Source: Hormiphora californensis
Lineage: Eukaryota > Animalia > Ctenophora
Direction: 5' to 3'
DNA length: 64,000 nucleotides
Assembly (NCBI GenBank): GCA_020137815.1
Contig: CM035350.1
Coordinates: 4,278,001 to 4,342,000, forward strand
Shown here: positions 54,785 through 64,000 of the stretch, piece after piece
How positions within the stretch are numbered: the stretch's first letter is position 1
Layout of the letters: each line of letters opens with the position of its first letter
Program-made: the position numbers and the translations under genes
The notes under the pieces: model-generated
Told to the model about the DNA's origin: nothing
Database searches by the model: none
The model's input: the letters and a program-made list of their open reading frames with translations, nothing else

Positions 54785-54870
54785 GCCATTTCTTGAGAAG
54801 GGAGAACTTGTTGAGTAAGGGTGGAGAAATCACCCCTTACTCAACAAGTGAGAACCCTTCTGGAGAATCG
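54785..54870. repeat. Short imperfect palindrome or tiny MITE
   Basis: GAAGGG..ACTTGTTGAGTAAGGG-loop-CCCTTACTCAACAAGT..CCCTTC. Confidence 0.6.
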
Positions 54871-55141
54871 TAGTGTATTTGTACGGCACGGTGGTTCAAA
54901 AAACACTCCGACGCACGGAGGAATTAGAAAACAAGATAGTGGAACGAGATATTACAGTTTTTAATTATAGCCTCTAAATAAATGAATTACCTCGTGAGAC
55001 GTTTATGTTCTCTTATTTTCCCAGCCCAACAAACTTCATACAACAATGAACTATAACTATGTTTAATCACTGACCCTGGTACTATCTAGCTGCAGTTGTC
55101 ATGTGACAGGTAGTATGAGAAATAACAGAACTTGAAGACAG

Positions 55142-55480
<339 letters not shown>

Positions 55481-56063
55481 AAGGTAGGCCAGCTCTCTCG
55501 GGTAATTATTCGCATAGAGAATTAGCTGTGAATTCATTGGCACAGCCTCGATCATAAAGTGTGTGGTATAACAACAAGACGGGTAGCTTGTTGTTGAAGA
55601 CCCATGAAATTACCAGGCGCACCAATATTGCTCCTTCCTAAGCTCTCTCCCCAGCCCTCTCACTCCCTCTCCCTCACTGACTCTGTTACAATTGGAAAAG
55701 AGTGGCGACGCCGAGTCATGCCTGGAAACATGACTAATGATCTCATGTTGCCATTAATCACGCCCCCAGTGGTTCAAAGAGAGTCTCTAATTACTAAACT
55801 CTTATGATGTAACATGGAATTATCTGTCTCCTTATGCAGTGGGCAATTAGGAAAGAAAGGAGGGGCGTGAAAACTGGGAACTCACTGTAGTAGTTATATG
55901 GGATGAAAAGGATCTGTTTAGACCAAATATATTCACCAGATGTTTAACTAGTGGAGCGCAACATTCTGACACCATTCATTCTCAAAGCCCCCCAAAATGT
56001 TTCAGGGGTGAATGGATGTACATATGTTTAATTTCTACAACAAACTCCAGATGGATACTTGGA

Positions 56064-56183
56064 TAAAGTCGGATTTTTTATTATTGACACCCCCTTCTCA
56101 CAACGTGTGGTGCACACGTCAAAATTTATAAACTTCACATGCACGTGCATTTGGGGGTGACAACTTCAAAAAATCCGACTTTA
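56064..56183. mobile_element. MITE family A, copy 3
   Basis: TAAAGTCGGATTTTTT...AAAAAATCCGACTTTA; internal TTCACATGCACG..CATTTGGGGGTGA shared with copy 1. Confidence 0.85.
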
Positions 56184-56722
56184 TGGCCATTTTACCCGCC
56201 AACGGGAAGAGAAAGACCGCAAAAACTTACTATTATAATCCACATTCCGCAAGGAGAATACGTTATCATGATCAACGCCACGACATTTATCAAAATTCAA
56301 AACTATCTGAAATAGGGAGGAAATTAAGTTGTACAAGTTAGTTTTTTAGTTCAAAGTTGGCTAGTTGTATGGTTATCTCTACCGAGTACTGATTCAGAGG
56401 TTCAGAACCCTCACATAAATAAAATGAAGTGTAAGCAACACAAATTCAAATTTGTACCGTTTGTTGTTGGGTTTCCTGATAATTATCCTAGCAATTAGCA
56501 TCCTCCTGTTTCCAATAACAACTAGGTATACTCCTCTGCAGCAGGGACTGGATTATTATGGGCGTGGGGAAACAGGTACGGGCAAGGCAACAGTGGTGGA
56601 CATTTTGCTAAAGAGTTAATCAATGTAATCACTTATTATAATCAAGTAATTGAAGTAATAAAATTCGTAAATGATTAAATGAATAAATAGAAAAAAGATA
56701 AAACCCGAAAATAGTCAATCAT

Positions 56723-56858
56723 TTAAGGTAGTATGACATAGGATGGTCGGGGTTATTTCGGCGTTATTTAGGGGTCACTTCATGCTTACTTCGGGGGAAA
56801 TGACCCAGAAGTGACCCCGAAGTTATTCCGACGGTCCTATTTCATACTACAACCTCAT
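56723..56858. mobile_element. Degenerate palindromic MITE
   Basis: GTAGTATGACATAGGA..GTCGG...CCGAC..TCCTATTTCATACTAC with internal GGGGTCACTTC/GAAGTGACCCC. Confidence 0.65.
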
Positions 56859-57064
56859 TTAATTATCCATTATCTGTAATTCTCAATAAATATCCACAGT
56901 ATATATCTGTTATATTTATTTACTCTCAGAAGACTCGTCAGACGATTACAGCTCATTTCCGGCTACTGCTGCTCCTCTCAAATCCCACCGTGCAGCCTCA
57001 TACCCACTGCGCGTCAGCCGCGCGACATTCTCAATTTGCGAGTCGTGTGGTGTCCGCGCTCAGC

Positions 57065-58813
57065 TTAACCTCTGTTCAGCGTCATATGAGACTTCACCAA
57101 ATCTCCCGTACAAAGAGCGGACATGAGAGACAGCTCACCGGCTAGCACTGCTCCACACACAACCTAAAGAAGATGATGTGAGTGGTTACGTTCTCTTTGT
57201 TGTTGTTATCTTACCTCAGCTAGGGTAGCAGAATCAACTGGACTGTCTTGTGAGATAAGGTTTAGACTGGCTCGTTGGGCTGATAACACTGTTCCCCCGC
57301 CTACAGTTCCAACCTAGTTAAATGATATGTTATTAGATTGGGCTGCTGCAGCTTCTCATCACCCTGCTGTAAATAATTCAGTCTGAGAAATCTTGAAGAA
57401 TCTCGAAGAATCTTGAAGAATCTTGAATACTCTTCCGCAGAAGAAAAAAGGCAGCCACGCTTGTTCTCAGTGCTGCAGAACACTAGATACAAGTCTGCGT
57501 GTTGTAACAATATGCTGTAAAGGCGGAAAAGTTATCTAGGAAGTGAAAGCTCACCTCTATGCAGGGCATTGTGACACTCACATACAGTGCTCCACCCCTC
57601 TCCTCCTCCATGTGAACGAGTGCCATGGAACTTGTCCCTGCTTGGGCTATATCCTGGCCCGTAGCCAGGTATATACCACTCACTATATTAGCCGAGTGAG
57701 CGTTATTCCCGCCTATACACCCTGCCAAGCTACTACCGATGAAGTTTTTACCGGTGTTCAGTTCCACAAGGGCACCGGCTGTGGTTTTCAGAGTGGAGGA
57801 TATGACGTCAGAGGGTAACGTGACGTCACACGTGACGTTGTATCCCCTGTTGTTGATCCAGTTCATCGCAGAGGCCTTCTTATCCACACAAAGATTACCT
57901 GCAGAGAAATATTGGGACAAATTAGATATGTATCAGTGTAATAATTGCTATAAGATCACGTTTAGATCACCAGCAAACTGAACTCACCACTCAAGCTGAT
58001 GATTGTCATGTCTGGTAGGTGCTCCTTCATAAAACTAACCATCCTCTCACATCCCTTACTGATCATGTTCATGCCCATTGCCTGGCCTGTCTCTGCACAA
58101 ACCCTCAAAAAGAGCAATCTACCCGCTTGTTTGGGGGTGATGGACCTGAGTTTGGCGTGATTGGAAGTCATCTCAAACTGATTCCTTAATTCCTTCATAT
58201 TTCTATCCACCCAGGTCATAGCAGCGTGAGCAGTGGCAGCGGTGGGAAACTTGAGAAGTGGTGCTCTAGTCATGCCTGTATAACTTGATACACAGCTTAC
58301 ACCACCACTGAAAATACAGTATCTATTAGAAAACAACGCTCATTCTGTATTAGAATAGTGTATTTACATTACACCCATTCTGTCACACCGTAACTTATAG
58401 AACTTGAGTTTTGACGGCATGATTCCTAGGTGTATCAGAAAGGTATGAGATTTAAAAATCTACCCTACATAATTTCTATACCTCTGCCTAACTGCTCTAC
58501 AGCCCCTGTTCAGACTGGCCACAAGTGCTCCTTCAGTGGTTGCTATGGGCACGCTGAACTCTCTACCGTTGACAACCAGTGGTCCTGCAATCCCCAATGG
58601 AACAGGAATGAACCCGACAATGTTCTCACAGCAGGACTTGCTGGCCCTCTCATAATCCGCATAGCCCTCCCAGGGGGCTGAAGGGGTGGTGGAGGGTAGG
58701 AGGTGGAGTCGACGTAATCTGACTGCCTCCACAGGCCCAACAAGGGCGTCCAGTTGGTGGGGTTTTAGGGTACCATCGGAGAGTTGAGAGAGGATAGAAG
58801 CGTCATCTGTCAT
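57065..58813 (-). CDS. HMGCR: Class I HMG-CoA reductase, catalytic domain only as far as visible
   Basis: [81 protein letters not shown]...HMTLNR. Exons ~58813-58470, 58307-57988, 57898-57555, 57313-57215 and 57163-57065. Confidence 0.93.
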
Positions 58814-59108
58814 ACTGTACTAAACTGCGGGGAAAGTTGATGTAATTAGTAAATGTGAACGGTATTGTCATTCTAAACAATGTTTTCGTGATTCAATTGG
58901 AGAACAATTTCAGTTATGGGAATGGTAAAATAAAACATGAACACTCGACAAAACACTGTACAAAATGTTTCTATCCTTCTAAAAACGTTCACTCTCTCTA
59001 ACTCTAAAACTCTTAGTACCTAATACCTAAATAAATTGAAAGGGAACAAAAACAAAACGTTTTTTAAAAATCACACAAAAAAACTTCATCATATATCATC
59101 ATCTAAAA

Positions 59109-59305
59109 CTAAGCAGTGGCTGCTATTAGAGCAGACCCGAGACCTGAACCGTCAGTTGCCACTTCCAACGTTACATTACATCCCATCTCTGCCAGAGTTT
59201 CCCTCATCTTGGTGGCAAAGTTGGCATGTTTAATGAACACAGATCCGTCCACAGCGGCTACAAATGGTACTCGGCCTCGCTTCTTCCATATCGCAACTAC
59301 ACCTG

Positions 59306-59379
<74 letters not shown>

Positions 59380-61807
59380 TGTGAGTATGGAATTGGTGGA
59401 AGTGTGACGTGAATGGTTTACACAGATTTGAGATTTTTGTTAAAAAACATCACAATTTTTGTGAAGGAAAACAAGACGGACTATTACCAGTACTAACAAG
59501 ATATAAATTCAGTGGAACGTTATCAATGGCGCTACGCAGGAAGGCGCGAGATTTCTACACTGTGCGTGTGTAGTAGTTTTGGAGCGTGCACCACCCAGAT
59601 TCATGAAAACAGTTACATATTTGATTTGATGAATCATAAAGGAGCGTTGTTATACGGGTGCTATATTGTATGCGTATCGCGGGACTAGACAGACATTCCC
59701 AACATTGCTGATTTCTAAACCTTGAATGATCTTTTTAGCACACGTGCAAAAAGATCACCCGGGCAGGGAAAAAATGCTAGTTTGATAATGTTTATTACTC
59801 ATGCGATAATATAATCAGAAAATGCATGACCTACACATTTTAGAGCCTGTTCATATTGAGTGTTTTTATAGGCCTCGTCATGTCTCATCTAGGATTTCAA
59901 ATCAAATGGTCGGGGTAAATAAGAGGGAATTAGGGAAGATAATAATAGCTAGAAAACTCTCCAGGGATCATCAAACTAACAGCATCAAACTAACAGCAGA
60001 TTGACAGCATATTAACAGCAATCAGCATTATATTTCACTATTCACTATTTCACTTTTTCAACGGGTGACAAGTCCCGTATTCGCTATAAAACTGTCGTAC
60101 ATTCGTTAATATCAAACTAACAGCATTTTACCTGCGGCTGCCAGCATTGCAGCTCGATCGCTGACAGCGGTGGAAACCTCGTGTATAAGTTTAACATCGG
60201 AGTCTGGGATACCAGGAAAATGTTTCGTAACAGACCCCCTGAGGAAAGGGTAATTTTAGTATAGTAGTTAGGACCAATACCACTTTGTCACTAAGTCACC
60301 CTATTCCGGGAGCTCGCGTTGAGAGGTAATTTCATTACCAATAGACCACTACATGTATTGTCTGAGCGCACACCGAGAGGGACTGTAGCTCAGTGCAGCT
60401 GCTCTGGCCATGCGGGGCCAGGGTCGGAATTTGAAGACATAAATTACCAACACATTTCAGCTTCGACAGTCACACTTCACAGTAAGCTTACACAGTACAG
60501 CAGTCGCTGACGAGCCTTCCATCTAGCGTTGCACCGGTTATTGCGGTTCGGAGTGCCTCACCACACCGGGCATCACTGAGTAACTCCAGCTTCACCAGGT
60601 CACCAATGTACATACCACTTATCATTTTCTCGTACCTGAGGTTGGAATCCGGGTGGTACACGTGGGGGGGGGGGGGTTGACTCACGACCATGATAAATCA
60701 GGTGTGTTACTAAAAAAGTGATATCACCACATGAAGGATGATATCTAATGCAATGACATATCAAATCACGTCATCCACAACACACAGACACCTCGAACTG
60801 CACTTACAGTTGTTTCCCCGGGTTGGTGCTGCTCTTATCAAGGGCGCCATCGTGTTCAGTAACCAGGTCGGCCAAGTGTCCTCGCTCTCCGAAATTCCCC
60901 CACTCCATATTAATCACTACCTGCTCTTCGCTACATTTTCCCGCTAGCTTCTTGACATTTTCTACCCGTTCAGTGTAGGCAGCGTTGGTTCCCGTTCCAA
61001 GGATGATCCCACAGTGGCAGTTTGGGTATTTTAGAGACCCCGCTACCTGGGTACCCGCAGTGTCGTTCGCCAGTGCTACTACTTTTACATTCTTTGTTGC
61101 CTAGGGAGTTTAGGTTATAGGTCATACTACATAGGTCATAGGTTGTACTAAGTGTGTCATAAAGTAGTAAGTTAACCTCAATTTTTGAGAGTGCATTGGT
61201 CAGAAGATCAGCCACATTTCGGTCAATAACATCACTACAATCGAATCCCTTCGTCCATTTAACGAGAGTGCCCTCGCTCAGCGATTGTTGTGCCATCGGA
61301 AAGGAAAACGTAAATCCAAGCGGAATTTCTTGTCCTGCAAGATCTTCTTTCTGTAAAAAGCGAGCCACAACTTGTGCCAAACTATTAAATAGTTTTTCAC
61401 CAGATGCTGACTTCATTTCATTGTCAAGGTAATCAATTTCACACTGGACCACCGGTTCACCTCCAGTCAACTTTACCAATATCACTCGAAATGTTGATCC
61501 TCCAAAATCTGAAAAGCATATAATTTTAATTAGTAGGCTGCTTTAAATCAATACTTACTCTTTTTACAATATCACTTTCCAGCTGGTTAATAGGCTTCAT
61601 TATAAGACCTCAACTTCATCTTCTGAGGGCCTATTACACACCTAATGCTAAATATGTCCCCGTTTCCTTGCCGGATGGCAGATTGTAAATGTACGTAGGG
61701 ATCATTAACAAACTTGATTCTTTCTCGGCCAGTCCAAGAGTCATTTCTGAAACCATATCCTCAGATAGCTTCTCTAGCCTCTCTTTATTCACTAAAAACT
61801 TTCCCAT
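59109..61807 (-). CDS. HK: Hexokinase (single ~50-kDa unit); start codon uncertain, a short upstream exon may exist near 61900-62290
   Basis: LLMIPTYI..LPSGKETGTYLALDFGGSTFRV, PLGFTFSFPM, LVKWTKGF, NDTAGT, YEKMISGMYIG, VDGSVF, DGSGLGSALIAA*. Confidence 0.92.
59601..59780 (+). mobile_element. Dispersed repeat with Helitron-like 3' end, copy 2 (in a hexokinase intron)
   Basis: Homologous to 46455-46652; hairpin largely deleted; ends ...AAAATGCTAG|T. Confidence 0.55.
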
Positions 61808-63501
61808 AGCCTAAAAACGTTATATGTGTTAACAGAAACAGATTTTGTTATATTAGATGGTCTTGGTTTTTGGAGACCGCTCCAAAACCTTCCCCACCTC
61901 TTCAACAGAACCTTCTGATGTTGATAATTATAACAGAGGCCCGAAAGCCGAACCCCCTACCTACTTTATCCCACATTAGGGCAGGATATTAGGAGCGCTT
62001 AGATCAGTTTCCGCACAACGTCGAGCACCCTGCACCGCCCTTTTTGCGCATTGTCATAGCTCCTTCATTTCACCTTCAACTTTTCGAGGAGCGGTGCGTG
62101 GCTTTCAGCCACGTCCGCCGGGCGCCGATGTGGGTCCAGGGTAGGGCAGAGCCCCGATCCGATCGGGGCAAAGCCCCCGCGAGCAGGACCCAAGTCCCAA
62201 GGGGCAGGGGCTGACACCACTCTTTAGTTTAAGGGATCGCAAATCAAAAGTAAGACGGCTGAACCGTATGTCAAGTATTTGTTTCCTCATTCCTGAATGA
62301 ACTCAACGCGACACACACGGTTTGAGCGATGAGTCGTAAGCGACGAAAATATAAAATAAAAATTCGGTGACTTTTGAAACTTTGAAGTTTGGATTTTATT
62401 TATTTCGAAGTTTTAGGTTGTAAAACCTGATATGACTTTCTTTTTTTTTTTGAAAATTCACTAACCCCAACACCGATTGGCATCACTTTCCAACAGCCGA
62501 AGAGAAGCTGCTGAAGAGAGAAAGGGGGTAACCGTATGAAGACCTGATATGACGCGCACGATAACGTGTTCAAATATTGCGATGCCAACAACGTTAAACG
62601 CAAATTTTATTTGTTAAGCGGTGCATTATTAGCGCGCAACGCATTTTGAGGCGCGATACGAGAAGAAAAAATTTAGATTTTAAAGACAAAAAAGTTCCCC
62701 AAAAGTGGGTACCGCTTTACGATTCGGGTTGAAACGCGCTGCCAACGATCTGGGTGTTTGGAGGCCTGTTTACTTTAGCCTAAGCTAGGGCTATAGAGTA
62801 GGGTCAGTTGCATTTGCCAAACTGTTTCTGCAGACTGTTTGGCCGTTTCGAAACAGCCCCAACCCCATTCAGGAGTACCGGCCTGTGTCCTGTAGCCATT
62901 TACAAGTTGGCGCTACTGGTCAGTGGTCCATTTATTTCAAACCACGCAATTGACGCAAATAAAGATTACAGACACTGTACTGTACACAAGCGCACATAAC
63001 ACTTTATGAAACCCGATAGCTCATTTAACAGTCGTTTGAACATTTTGCGCGCTCATGATAACTGCTAGCTGGGGGATTTAACACCCTGCTCGCGGTTTAA
63101 CAGTCCCGCTCTCTTTTTCACGCATTTCTCTTCATTTGAATAACATGCGTGTAAAATTCAGAGTAATTAAAATGTGTGTAAACACACAGTTCTGTCAATA
63201 ACAGAGAGGGGAACACATCTGCAACACTTTTTAATGTTATCTCTCTCATAAAAAGTCAAAAGAATCGCATTCCTATCTCTTCTCCCTCTCATTCTCTCTT
63301 TTGCTGTTCAATATCTCTCACTGTGTGTATTAGCCCCAATCTTGCTCTCTCTTACTCAAATATGTTAGGAACAGTTGCAACTAGGTGCCAGTTAGTCTAC
63401 ACACAGTTTGGGGACGTCTGTTGACTATTTTCCAGTACTCCTTGTGTGTTTTACCTTGTGTTGTGTCTCTTGTTAGTGTGAAATTGCTATCGGGTTTCAT
63501 A

Positions 63502-63699
63502 AACTATGAACGTTTGTTAGCTTGTCACGTTATAGGTTTAAATCGCCTCCCCCTCACCCTCGGCTGCGCCTCGGGTTCGGGGTCGGGATTTAAACCAGTT
63601 TAATCGCCCTGCCGGGCGATTAAACTCCAGTTGGCTATCGCCAGCTCGCGCTGGCGACAGCCAACTTGATAACGCGCCAAGCTACAAACGTTCATAGTT
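63502..63699. mobile_element. MITE
   Basis: TIRs AACTATGAACGTTTGT(T)AGCTTG...CAAGCTACAAACGTTCATAGTT; internal hairpin TTTAATCGCCC..GGGCGATTAAA. Confidence 0.75.
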
Positions 63700-64000
63700 C
63701 ATTTAACCGAAAATTAGGTCGTACTTTTATCGAGCCGAACGAGATATTTTTCATTTCAGTTGTACTTCGGTGGTTTTTGGTACGTCTGATCCAAAGCGAA
63801 CGCTCTGCAATCTTGAGCGATTTAGATATTTTTCTCTAAATTCCGTTTCAATTGTCTCGTACTGGATTCCGGTACTGTTAGGGATAATTCTTATTCTTAC
63901 TCTAAAGATTATTTTTTCTCGTTACTCGCTAGGATCACTAACAAAAGCACTCACATGACAAAAGCTCTAAAATCGACTAAACAAATCCATTGATAAATTC

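Noticed and set aside
59109-59302. Exon upstream of HMGCR as its missing N-terminus
   Set aside because: It translates as the hexokinase C-terminus (VDGSVF...DGSGLGSALIAATA*) and ends in a stop.

Overview
This is a gene-dense, intron-rich eukaryotic (animal) locus. It is probably a cydippid ctenophore (Pleurobrachia/Hormiphora-like). That call is an inference from the ~109-bp MITE at 42787, which reads NRPNQEILVPDWLxTSHVT, a string I recall from Pleurobrachia gene models, and from the SxTR-type GPCR. Spliced genes in order: a CPLANE1/JBTS17-like C-terminal-region gene (-, runs off the left edge), importin-9 (+), CCDC153/DRC12 (+), nephrocystin-4 (-) carrying an antisense intronless Ig-like/ITSM receptor gene in an intron, a TRIM/RBCC E3 ligase (-), a CNNM Mg transporter (-), eIF3k (-), MZT1 (-), a p24/TMED (+), an orphan class A GPCR (-), HMG-CoA reductase apparently lacking its membrane domain (-) and hexokinase (-). 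Main points of interest: (1) three same-strand gene pairs only 150-300 nt apart, each with an apparently unpaired splice acceptor just before the downstream ATG, which suggests operons resolved by SL trans-splicing; (2) a 33-bp minisatellite in NPHP4 in which each unit is both a GTGAGT splice donor and an RFX X-box; (3) repeated local duplication of splice sites; (4) three large foldback palindromes, one a ~1.6-kb near-spacerless hairpin carrying coding-like cargo; (5) many MITEs and (AG)n tracts. Scattered 1-nt frameshifts in conserved genes are most likely assembly errors. All homology calls come from motif recognition, not database searches.
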